In this document: positions 24,512-32,000 of the stretch, in pieces | How positions within the stretch are numbered: the first letter of the stretch is position 1 | Layout: each line of letters begins with the position of its first letter | DNA from: an archaeon | Lineage (GTDB): Archaea > Iainarchaeota > Iainarchaeia > Iainarchaeales > JANQMZ01 | Direction: 5' to 3' | Assembly (NCBI GenBank): GCA_028279805.1 | Contig: JANQMZ010000007.1 | Span: 450,001-482,000 of the forward strand | Length of the DNA: 32,000 nucleotides | Position numbers and translations under genes: made by a program | The notes under the pieces: generated by a model | Databases searched by the model: none | The model's input: only the letters and a program-made list of their open reading frames with translations | Told to the model about the DNA's origin: nothing

Positions 24512-25780
24512 ATGGCTGAAAAATCGCAAATCAATCTGGTCTTTATTGGCCACGTAGATCATGGTAAAAGTACCTTAGTTGGAAGATTATTATACGATTC
24601 AGGAGCTTTAAGCGAACAGGAATACAGAAAGCTTGAATCTGAAGCAAAAGAAGCAGGAAAAGGAACATTTGCATTTGCATATGCAATGGACCGATTAAAA
24701 GAGGAAAGGGAGAGAGGAGTTACAATCGATTTGGCTTATAAAAAATTTAATTCCCAGAAAAACAATTTTACAATAATTGATGCTCCGGGCCACAAAGATT
24801 TTGTTAAAAACATGATTACCGGAACAAGCCAGGCTGACGCAGCTGTTTTGGTTGTGGCAGTAAAAGAAGGAATCAAACCTCAGACAAAAGAACATGCATT
24901 TTTAGCACAGGTTATGGGAATTAAACAGTTGACAATTGCAGTTAACAAAATGGACGAAGCAAACTATGACGAAAAAGCTTTTAACGATGTAAAAGGAGAA
25001 ATTGAAAAACTTTTAACAGGCATCGGATTTAAAGCTGACACAGTTAATTTTGTACCTGTTTCCGCTTGGGAAGGGGACAATGTTGCAAAAAAAACAGAAA
25101 AAATGTCATGGTACAAAGGCGGTTCATTATTAGAAACATTAGACGGATTAACAGCACCGGAAGCACCAACAGACAAACCGTTAAGGTTGCCAATCCAGGA
25201 TGTTTACAGCATCAAAGGAGTTGGAGCTGTTCCAGTAGGCAGGGTTGAAACAGGAATCATAAAACCGGGTGACAAAATAACCGTTAATCCTCCAAAAGTT
25301 GATGGTGAAGTAAAAACAGTTGAAATGCACCATGAACAATTACCACAAGCTGGTCCGGGTGACAATATCGGATTTAATGTAAGAGGAATGGGAAAAGATG
25401 ACATTGCCCGTGGTGATGTTGTCGGACCAACAAGCAATCCTCCAAGCATTATAGATGAATTCACAGCACAAATTGTTGTGTTAAGCCATCCTACAGCAAT
25501 TCCACAGGGTTATACTCCTGTTTTTCACTTGCACACAGCACAATTAAGCTGTACTTTAACAGAATTGCAGAAAAAATTAGACCCAAAAACTGGTGATGTG
25601 AAAGAAGAAAATCCAAAGTTTTTGAAAACAGGTGACGCTGCAATTGTTAAAATAAAACCAACTCAGCCATTGTCAGCCGAGGAATACAAAAAGTTTCCGC
25701 AGCTTGGCAGGTTTGCAATCAGGGACATGGGACAAACAGTAGCAGCAGGAATGATTGTAAGCATTACTGAAAAAAAATAG
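24512..25780 (+). CDS. tuf: Elongation factor 1-alpha (aEF-1alpha)
   Basis: It has [17 protein letters not shown] and NKMD motifs. The SD AGGTGAT (24499-24505) lies upstream. Confidence 0.95.
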   Translation: MAEKSQINLVFIGHVDHGKSTLVGRLLYDSGALSEQEYRKLESEAKEAGKGTFAFAYAMDRLKEERERGVTIDLAYKKFNSQKNNFTIIDAPGHKDFVKNMITGTSQADAAVLVVAVKEGIKPQTKEHAFLAQVMGIKQLTIAVNKMDEANYDEKAFNDVKGEIEKLLTGIGFKADTVNFVPVSAWEGDNVAKKTEKMSWYKGGSLLETLDGLTAPEAPTDKPLRLPIQDVYSIKGVGAVPVGRVETGIIKPGDKITVNPPKVDGEVKTVEMHHEQLPQAGPGDNIGFNVRGMGKDDIARGDVVGPTSNPPSIIDEFTAQIVVLSHPTAIPQGYTPVFHLHTAQLSCTLTELQKKLDPKTGDVKEENPKFLKTGDAAIVKIKPTQPLSAEEYKKFPQLGRFAIRDMGQTVAAGMIVSITEKK

Positions 25781-25790
25781 GTGGGTTGAA

Positions 25791-26102
25791 ATGGGTCAGA
25801 AAGCAAGAGTCAAACTTTCTGGCACAGACCACAACGAATTAGATGAAATTGCTGAAAAAATACTTGAAGTGGCTTCCAGAACAGGGGTAAAGCATTCAGG
25901 TGTTATAAGTTTACCGACAAAAAAACTGATTATTCCCACAAGAAAAAGTCCTTGTGGCGGCGGAACAGAAACATATGAACATTGGCAGTTAAGAGTTCAT
26001 AAAAGGCTTTTGGATATTGATGCAGATGAACGAACTTTAAGGCGAATAATGCGAGTAGAAATTCCTGAAAAAGTTCATGTTGAAATCGAATTAAAAGAAT
26101 AA
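25791..26102 (+). CDS. rps10: Ribosomal protein S10 (uS10)
   Basis: 103 aa. ARVKLSGTDHNELDEI and LPTKKLIIPTRKSPCGGGTETYEHWQLRVHKRLLDI match archaeal uS10. It follows tuf, as in other archaea. Confidence 0.9.
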   Translation: MGQKARVKLSGTDHNELDEIAEKILEVASRTGVKHSGVISLPTKKLIIPTRKSPCGGGTETYEHWQLRVHKRLLDIDADERTLRRIMRVEIPEKVHVEIELKE

Positions 26103-26153
26103 AATTTTAACCAAATTCTTTAATTACCTTTATGTGTAATTATACCGGTGTTT

Positions 26154-26591
26154 ATGAAATATTATTTTGGCTCGGATCACGCCGGCTTGGAGTTAAAAAA
26201 AGCTTTAATTGAACATTTAAAACAAAAAGGCCTGAAAACAGAAGACTTGGGAACGCATTCTCAGGACAGCTGTGATTATCCGGATTATGCAATTGCAGTT
26301 GCGGAAAAAGTTGCAAAAGAAAATGCTTTGGGAATTCTTGTATGCGGCACAGGCATAGGAATTTGCATGAGTGCAAACAAAGTTGATGGAATAAGAGCAG
26401 CAACAATTCATAATGAATTCACCGGGCAAATGGCAAAAGAACATAACAATGCAAACATTATTTGTTTAGGCGGGCGCGTGGTTGATGAACAAACTGCAAA
26501 AAAAGCTGTTGACGGCTGGCTTGAAGCAAAGTTTGGTGAAGGAAGGCATACTGGCAGGGTTAAAAAAATAATGGACATTGAAAAACACTGA
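26154..26591 (+). CDS. rpiB: Ribose-5-phosphate isomerase B (RpiB/LacAB family)
   Basis: GSDHAGLELK....L........DLG and LVCGTGIGICMSANKVDGIRAA motifs. ATG 26154 is preferred over the track's GTG at 26148. Confidence 0.85.
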   Translation: MKYYFGSDHAGLELKKALIEHLKQKGLKTEDLGTHSQDSCDYPDYAIAVAEKVAKENALGILVCGTGIGICMSANKVDGIRAATIHNEFTGQMAKEHNNANIICLGGRVVDEQTAKKAVDGWLEAKFGEGRHTGRVKKIMDIEKH

Positions 26592-26596
26592 TTTTA

Positions 26597-27010
26597 ATGT
26601 TTGAAATACTGGAACATAAAGGAGAAACTGCAATAAGAGCTTCCGGAAAAACAATTGAACAGGCTTTTGAAGAAGCGGGAAAAGCATTGTTTAGTGTAAT
26701 GGTTTCACTGGATTCAGTTGAAGAAAAAAAAGAAATAAATTTTGAAGTTAGTGGAACAAAATTAGATGAATTGTTTGTAAATTTTTTAAATGAATTAATT
26801 TTTCAGTCAGGAATAAATGAAATGTTTTTTTCTTCTTTTAAACTTGAAAAAATTGAAAAAAATGAAAATTTTTTTTTAAAAGGAAAAGCTTTTGGAGAAA
26901 AAATTAATGAGGAAAAGCATGATTTAGGTGTTGAAGTTAAGGCTGCAAGTTTGTCAGGCTTAAAAGTTGATGAAAAAGAAAATACTGTTCAGTGTGTTCT
27001 GGATGTGTAA
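26597..27010 (+). CDS. Archease (RtcB activator)
   Basis: MFEILEHKGETAIRASGKTIEQAFEEAGKALF and KAASLSGLKV fit the archease pattern. It lies immediately upstream of rtcB. Confidence 0.85.
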   Translation: MFEILEHKGETAIRASGKTIEQAFEEAGKALFSVMVSLDSVEEKKEINFEVSGTKLDELFVNFLNELIFQSGINEMFFSSFKLEKIEKNENFFLKGKAFGEKINEEKHDLGVEVKAASLSGLKVDEKENTVQCVLDV

Positions 27011-27012
27011 TT

Positions 27013-28455
27013 ATGGAATTGAATCAGATTGAAAAATTTTTATGGGAAATTCCTCAAGAAGGGGAAATGGTTGTTCCTGCAAGGGTTTACGCAAATGAAC
27101 AAATGGTTAAAGAACTGAAAGCAGAACTGGATTCAGGCTGGAGTTCCCTCGAACAATTACAAAATTTGACTTATTTGAAAGGCGTTCAAAAGTATGCTCT
27201 GGCTTTGGCTGACATTCATCCGGGTTATGGGTCTCCCATTGGGGGAGTTATAGCTGTTGACCCTGAAGACGGATGGATTACTTTTGGTTCAGTGGGATTT
27301 GACATTAACTGCGGCGTGCGCGTGCTAAAAACAAATTTGGAAAAAAAGGATTTGATTAAAAAACAGGAGCAAATTGCAAATCAATTGTTCAGAGATGTTC
27401 CCGCCGGATTGGGCAGGGGCGGGGAAATAAAACTGAATGAAAAGGAAGTTAATGAATTGTTGTTGAATGGCTCAGAATTTGCTTTGGAAAAAGGTTATGG
27501 AAATGAAAATGATTTGAAGTTTACTGAAATGAATGGCAAATCAGATTTGGCAAATGTTGATGCGGTGAGCAAAAAAGCAAAACAGAGAATGTTTAAACAG
27601 CTTGGAACAGTCGGTTCAGGAAATCATTATCTGGAGGTTCAGTTTGTTGAAAAAATTTTTGATGAAGAAAAAGCAAAAGATTTTGGCTTGTTTGAAAACC
27701 AGGTTTTGATTTCGATTCATTGCGGTTCACGTGGCTGCGGTCATCAGATTGGCACAGATTATTTACAGGTTTTATCTGATGCAACAAGAAAATACGGAAT
27801 AAAAGTTAAAGATAAGGAGCTTGTGTCAGCACCTTTTCATTCAGAGGAAGGGCAAAATTATTTTGGTGCTGTGAATGCCGGCATAAATGTTGCTTTTGCT
27901 AACAGACATGTGCTGGCTCATTTGGCCAGAAAATCTTTTGAAAAAGTTTTTAATTTGAATGAAGATGAAATGCCTTTGCTGTATGACGTGGGACATAATA
28001 CTGCAAAAATGGAAAGACATAAAATTAATGGTTCAACAAAAGAAGTTTTGGTTTTAAGGAAAGGTTCGACGCGTGGATTCGGCCCGGGGCATAAAGAAAT
28101 TCCGAAAGAGTTTCAGAAAGCAGGACAGCCGATTGCGGTCGGAGGGAGTATGGGAACAGCTTCCTATATTTTGGCGGGAACAAAAAAAGGAATGAACGAA
28201 ACGTTTGGTTCTGCTGTGCACGGGGCAGGCAGGTTGTTGAGTCGGGCTCAGGCAAAAAAACAGTTTGAGGGGAAAAAAATTATTCAGGATTTGAAACAAA
28301 AAGGAATTTTGATTAAGGCTCATTCTTTTAAAGGGGCGGCCGAAGAAGCTCCTTTGGCTTACAAGAACATTGAAAATGTTATTGATGTTATGCATGAATC
28401 CGGTGTTAATTTAAAGGTTGCAAGGGTTATGCCTTTGGCCAATGTGAAGGGCTGA
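27013..28455 (+). CDS. rtcB: RNA-splicing ligase RtcB
   Basis: Metal and GMP-site motifs are present: DINCGVR, GSGNHYLE, IHCGSRG, HNTA and HGAGR. ATG 27013, 2 nt after the archease stop, is preferred over the track's 26992. Confidence 0.95.
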   Translation: MELNQIEKFLWEIPQEGEMVVPARVYANEQMVKELKAELDSGWSSLEQLQNLTYLKGVQKYALALADIHPGYGSPIGGVIAVDPEDGWITFGSVGFDINCGVRVLKTNLEKKDLIKKQEQIANQLFRDVPAGLGRGGEIKLNEKEVNELLLNGSEFALEKGYGNENDLKFTEMNGKSDLANVDAVSKKAKQRMFKQLGTVGSGNHYLEVQFVEKIFDEEKAKDFGLFENQVLISIHCGSRGCGHQIGTDYLQVLSDATRKYGIKVKDKELVSAPFHSEEGQNYFGAVNAGINVAFANRHVLAHLARKSFEKVFNLNEDEMPLLYDVGHNTAKMERHKINGSTKEVLVLRKGSTRGFGPGHKEIPKEFQKAGQPIAVGGSMGTASYILAGTKKGMNETFGSAVHGAGRLLSRAQAKKQFEGKKIIQDLKQKGILIKAHSFKGAAEEAPLAYKNIENVIDVMHESGVNLKVARVMPLANVKG

Positions 28456-28467
28456 GATAGCTTTTTA
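28450..28467. repeat. Left copy of an 18-bp direct repeat (GGCTGAGATAGCTTTTTA) that spans the rtcB stop codon
   Basis: It is 17/18 identical to 30653-30670. It also contains a TATA-like CTTTTTA about 27 nt upstream of the 28494 ATG. Confidence 0.7.
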
Positions 28468-28493
28468 TGCCTTTTTTTGTTAAATAGTGTTAA

Positions 28494-29687
28494 ATGAAAA
28501 AAATTTTAATTTTTTTAATCATTGTGGCAGGAATTATGCCTTTTGTTCACGGGGAAACTATTGAAAAATCTTTAATTGATTCAAATTTTTTTATTCCTGA
28601 AAACCATATGGAAAAAAATCCTGACGGAACTTATGCCAAAGTAAAGCTTGTTATAGAGCAATATTTTTACCCGGATTTAAATGAATATTCGGAAGAACAA
28701 TGGATACAGTTTACTCCGGTTGAAGGGCATGTTTATGAAGCAAGCAGGGTTAAACCAATTAAAAGAACAAAAGCAGGTTCACCTTCATGCAACTGGTTTT
28801 ACAATGTTGAACTGCGTGACAAGGATCTGACTGTTGGAAGAATTGAATTTGTATCATTTAAAATAAAAGCAGCTTGCAAAGGACATGCAAACAATTTGTC
28901 TTTATGGGAACCATTGGAAACAGCTGACTGGTACTGGGAAAAAGAAGTTCAGAGTCCTGAGACAAAAATACTTTTGCCAAAAACAAGTACAACAATTCAG
29001 GTTGGAGAAACACTTTTATTCAGCGGAACAGCATCAGATGATGGTGAAATTGTTGAATACAACTGGGATTTTGACGGAGCATATCCTGATGTGAATTCAA
29101 AAACTCCGGGGGAAATAACTTTTGATAAAGCCGGAATTTATGATGTAAGATTTACAGCAACAGATGATGAAGGATTAACAACACAAAAACTTGTAAGAAT
29201 AACAGTAAAAGGACTGGATGAACCATTAGTTGATTTAAACGCTGAACCGGCATCCGGATCATTTCCTTTGACAGTTGTTTTTACAGGAAGCTGTGACGGG
29301 CAAGGCGGAACACTTGAAACATGCAAAATAGATTTTGGGGACGGGGAAACACAAACAATTCCAAGAAAACAGGTTGATTTAACCAAAATTTTGGGACAGG
29401 CAGAAGAAACACTTGATGATTCGAGGGATGTTAATGTAACACACACTTACAATTCAGCAGGAACTTTTACTGCAAAATTAACAGGATTGAATTCGTCGCA
29501 AAATGAATCATTTGTAGAATTACAAATAACAACATCGTTCGGACTGGCTTCACTTGCACAGCACAGCGACATTTTAATGTTAATAGGCGGGGCAATTGTT
29601 TTGCTTGTTCTGGGAGTAATAGGCGGATTTTTTGCATTTAAAAAATTCGGAGGCGGAAAAAAACATCCTTTAACATACAAAAAGTGA
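28494..29687 (+). CDS. Surface protein with two PKD-like domains and a C-terminal membrane anchor
   Basis: It has a signal peptide. PKD signatures are FSGTASDDGEIVEYNWDFDG...YDVRFTATDDEGL and VVFTGSCDG...IDFGDGE...HTYNSAGTFTAKL. The C-terminal TM is LIGGAIVLLVLGVIGGFFAF followed by a KK-rich tail. Confidence 0.8.
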   Translation: MKKILIFLIIVAGIMPFVHGETIEKSLIDSNFFIPENHMEKNPDGTYAKVKLVIEQYFYPDLNEYSEEQWIQFTPVEGHVYEASRVKPIKRTKAGSPSCNWFYNVELRDKDLTVGRIEFVSFKIKAACKGHANNLSLWEPLETADWYWEKEVQSPETKILLPKTSTTIQVGETLLFSGTASDDGEIVEYNWDFDGAYPDVNSKTPGEITFDKAGIYDVRFTATDDEGLTTQKLVRITVKGLDEPLVDLNAEPASGSFPLTVVFTGSCDGQGGTLETCKIDFGDGETQTIPRKQVDLTKILGQAEETLDDSRDVNVTHTYNSAGTFTAKLTGLNSSQNESFVELQITTSFGLASLAQHSDILMLIGGAIVLLVLGVIGGFFAFKKFGGGKKHPLTYKK

Positions 29688-29761
29688 AAAAAAAGGGCTT
29701 ATTAACTGGTTTACGTTAAAAAGGAAAGATATTTATATGGTTTTAGCAGCATATATATCAT

Positions 29762-30649
29762 ATGATGCGCAAAATTCTCATAATTTTTTTGTTGCTTGTT
29801 TTAACACTAAATGTTAATGCAAGCGGAACAAGAGCTGATTGTGAAAACATTTCCATTAACGTGAGCAATGCAAGGCTGGATGAAAAATCAAGCATGCTTA
29901 AAACTTTTTCAATTGAAAACAAGGATTCTGAAAGATTTTTCATTGAAAGAATTAATGCTTTTGATTACAATTCTTCAATAAAAGTTGAGGGAAAAGGCTG
30001 GGAAAGAATTGTTCTTCCCGGAGATGAAAGTTTTTTTAATGTGCAGATTAAAAGTTTTAATGTTAAAAAAGATCAGGAAATTGAAGGTTTTGTTGAGGTT
30101 AGAGGGCATTTTTTGAGCGGCACAAAATGTTCAATCGAGGATATTGGAACCCAAAATTTTAATGTTTTTGTGAAAAATGAGGATGAAGCTTTTGCAGAAG
30201 AAATTGAGTTAGAGCAGGAAAAAATTGAAGAATGTAAGGGATTTGAATTAATAATTCCTGAAAATGTTGAAAATGTAAACGAAATTCCTTTTACTGTTAA
30301 AAATATCACAAATGACAGAATTCAAGTAAGGCTTTCAGGAGCAAACCTGGGAATTGAAACAAAATATTTTTCAATTCCGGCTCAGACTACGGTTGAAAAA
30401 AGTGTTAATGTAATGCCTTTTGAACAAAAAACATGGCTTGTTTTTAACAGCAATGTTAACGGTTGTTTTGTTAAATCAAAAAATGTTCAGATTTTTACAG
30501 ATAATCCTTTTGAAAAACCTCAGACAGTGGCTGAACAGGCACCCGGTTTTCAGATAACTTCACAGCTTGGAAATGCCGTCGGATTAATAACACTGGGCGG
30601 ATTTAATGCCTGGAATTCTATTGCTAATTTTTTGGGTTTTTCAGGTTAA
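29762..30649 (+). CDS. Secreted hypothetical protein (signal peptide, two beta-rich modules, hydrophobic Gly-rich C-terminus)
   Basis: Signal peptide MMRKILIIFLLLVLTLNVNASG. I recognise no catalytic motif. A TATA-like ATATTTATAT sits about 35 nt upstream. Confidence 0.65.
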   Translation: MMRKILIIFLLLVLTLNVNASGTRADCENISINVSNARLDEKSSMLKTFSIENKDSERFFIERINAFDYNSSIKVEGKGWERIVLPGDESFFNVQIKSFNVKKDQEIEGFVEVRGHFLSGTKCSIEDIGTQNFNVFVKNEDEAFAEEIELEQEKIEECKGFELIIPENVENVNEIPFTVKNITNDRIQVRLSGANLGIETKYFSIPAQTTVEKSVNVMPFEQKTWLVFNSNVNGCFVKSKNVQIFTDNPFEKPQTVAEQAPGFQITSQLGNAVGLITLGGFNAWNSIANFLGFSG

Positions 30650-30652
30650 AAC

Positions 30653-30670
30653 GGCTTAGATAGCTTTTTA
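30653..30670. repeat. Right copy of the 18-bp direct repeat (GGCTTAGATAGCTTTTTA)
   Basis: It is 17/18 identical to 28450-28467 and lies 2203 bp downstream of it. It sits just after the 30649 stop and upstream of the rpl3 leader. Confidence 0.7.
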
Positions 30671-30695
30671 AACATTAATTTGGACTATTTATATT

Positions 30696-30754
30696 GTGCA
30701 AACTGCACAGCAGGAATTTTACAACTTTGCATCAGTCAAGATGCAAACCTGATG
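30696..30754 (+). promoter_or_regulatory. Putative structured 5' leader of the rpl3 operon (overlapping, mutually exclusive hairpins)
   Basis: GTGCA-AAC-TGCAC (30696-30708). TGCAAA (30697-30702) can pair with TTTGCA (30726-30731). TTGCATC-AGTCAA-GATGCAA forms a hairpin at 30727-30746. CATCAG (30730-30735) can pair with CTGATG (30749-30754). Confidence 0.3.
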
Positions 30755-30839
30755 TGTAAATGCCAATTTGGCTACTTTTGCATGCTTTTCGGCTAGAGCC
30801 ATCGCTGGATTTAAGCTGAAAAACAATGAGGAAAAAAAC

Positions 30840-31865
30840 ATGGGAAAAACACATAAGCCAAGAGCAGGTTCACTGGCTTTTCATCCGAGAAAAAAAGCCA
30901 AAACACAAAAAGCTGTTTTCAAAAGCTTTAACTCAGATGAAAGTGGAGTCAAGCCTTTGAATTTTTATGGCTATAAGGCAGGAATGCTTCACGTGTTCGG
31001 AACAAATCAAAGCAAAAACAGTTTAAGTGCAGGGCAGGAAATTATAATGCCTGTAACTGTTATTGAAACCCCTGCGTTAAAAGTTTTTGGAATAAAATAT
31101 TATAAAAAAACTCCGCGTGGCTTCAAAGTTTTGGCTGAAAAGAAAACGGAAAAACTTGGAAAAGAAATTAAAAAAATTTTAACATTACCCAAAAAACCGA
31201 AAGAACAGGTAGCCAGGGAAAAAAATAAACCAAAAGATTCAAAAGCAAAAACTTTTGATGAAACAATTGCGGAATGGCTTGAAAGAAAAAGAATTGATGC
31301 TGTAAGATTATTATGTGCCACCCAGCCAAAGTTAACAGGCATTGGCAAAAAAAAACCTGAAATTGTTGAGGTAAGATTGTCAGGAAAACCGGAAGAACAG
31401 GTAAAATTCGGGGAAGAAAAACTTGGAAAGGAAATAATCATAGAAGATGTTTTTGAAGAAAAAACTTTTCTTGATGTTAAAGCGGTTACAAAAGGAAAAG
31501 GTTTTGGGGGTCCTGTTAAAAGATTCGGAATTAAAATTCAGGGAAGAAAAGCAAAAAAACACAGAATTGTCGGTTCAATCGGGCCATGGCACCCTGCAAC
31601 TGTTCCATGGACAACCGCAAGAGCAGGACAAACGGGTTATCATACAAGAACAGAATACAATAAAAAAATGTTAAAAATTGTACAACCGGATGAAATAAAT
31701 CCAAAAAGCGGTTTTACAAATTATGGTCTGATTAAAAATGCTGCAATTTTGGTTCAGGGTTCTGTCGCGGGGCCAGTTAAAAGAATTGTTGCCATGAGAA
31801 AAGGCTTGAGAAAAAAAGAGAAAGAAAAAATTGTGCTTGAAGAGGTGAAAATAGTTGCACAGTAA
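30840..31865 (+). CDS. rpl3: Ribosomal protein L3 (uL3)
   Basis: MGKTHKPRAGSLAFHPRKKA is the canonical archaeal uL3 N-terminus, and WHPATVPWTTARAGQTGYHTRTEYNKK is also typical. SD GAGGA (30828-30832) lies upstream. The track's 30768 start adds 24 non-conserved residues. Confidence 0.9.
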   Translation: MGKTHKPRAGSLAFHPRKKAKTQKAVFKSFNSDESGVKPLNFYGYKAGMLHVFGTNQSKNSLSAGQEIIMPVTVIETPALKVFGIKYYKKTPRGFKVLAEKKTEKLGKEIKKILTLPKKPKEQVAREKNKPKDSKAKTFDETIAEWLERKRIDAVRLLCATQPKLTGIGKKKPEIVEVRLSGKPEEQVKFGEEKLGKEIIIEDVFEEKTFLDVKAVTKGKGFGGPVKRFGIKIQGRKAKKHRIVGSIGPWHPATVPWTTARAGQTGYHTRTEYNKKMLKIVQPDEINPKSGFTNYGLIKNAAILVQGSVAGPVKRIVAMRKGLRKKEKEKIVLEEVKIVAQ

Positions 31866-32000
31866 AAAAGAGGGAAATGTTTTAACTCTTTCAGGAAAAA
31901 GTTCAGGCAAAATAAAGCTGCCTGGCATATTTTTCACAGAATATGACCCTGAACTGATTAAAAGAGCGGTTTTAGCTATAGAATCCGCAGGATTTCAGCC
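31855..32000 (+). CDS. rpl4: Ribosomal protein L4 (uL4), 5' part (runs off the window end)
   Basis: Not in the ORF track. TTG at 31855 is the first start-type codon after the in-frame stop at 31852-31854, with SD GAGGTGA at 31842-31848. Translation MHSKKEGNVLTLSGKSSGKIKLPGIFFTEYDPELIKRAVLAIESAGFQ fits the archaeal uL4 N-terminus and the rpl3-rpl4 gene order. Confidence 0.75.
   Translation, partial: MHSKKEGNVLTLSGKSSGKIKLPGIFFTEYDPELIKRAVLAIESAGFQ

Noticed and set aside
26154-28455. rpiB-archease-rtcB following rps10, considered as an unusual insertion
   Set aside because: Archease-RtcB linkage is well established. Archaeal rps10 is not normally contiguous with the rpl3 cluster anyway, so this adjacency alone is unremarkable.
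1-32000. Mobile elements, defense systems, CRISPR arrays and rRNA genes
   Set aside because: I saw no transposase, integrase, Cas, restriction or toxin motifs in any frame, and no repeat-spacer arrays. The only insertion-like signature is the 18-bp direct repeat reported above.

Overview
AT-rich archaeal chromosomal window. The archaeal assignment rests on rpoH, split rpoB (B''/B') and split rpoA (A'/A''), L30e, a short KH-type NusA, aEF-2, aEF-1alpha, aIF1/SUI1, archease+RtcB and a split transketolase. Small, tightly packed genes fit a reduced-genome (possibly DPANN-like) archaeon, but that lineage guess is inference only. The core (13.0-26.1 kb, + strand) is the conserved cluster rpoH-rpoB2-rpoB1-rpoA1-rpoA2-rpl30e-nusA-rps12-rps7-aEF2-aEF1a-rps10. 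It is followed by rpiB-archease-rtcB and, at the window end, rpl3 and the start of rpl4. The accessory parts are more interesting: (i) 1-3.9 kb is a thiol/redox island. It holds an ArsR-headed operon with a lipoprotein thioredoxin, CcdA and a membrane-anchored redoxin (a split DipZ-like arrangement), plus a PRX-like CxxC protein, a CDGSH protein and a probable unlisted 43-aa zinc-ribbon ORF. (ii) 3.97-6.32 kb has two diverged paralogous membrane-anchored proteins whose conserved residues look like a JAMM/MPN metalloprotease motif split by a ~65-70 aa charged insert. They flank a pterin-4a-carbinolamine dehydratase and share a near-identical promoter. (iii) 11.57-12.76 kb has two tandem secreted proteins with a repeated DNLIPENPxxP peptide motif and Cys-pair helical repeats. 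(iv) 28.45-30.67 kb is a two-gene surface-protein cassette (PKD-domain protein plus a secreted protein) bracketed by an 18-bp direct repeat that includes the rtcB stop codon. Other observations: RNA polymerase zinc ligands are substituted in A' and B', RpoA'' has a Lys-rich N-terminal extension, aIF1 has no in-frame ATG, and a 24-bp perfect palindrome lies at 8927-8950. I found no rRNA, tRNA, CRISPR array, transposase or integrase. All functional calls come from reading the motifs by eye; no database search was possible.
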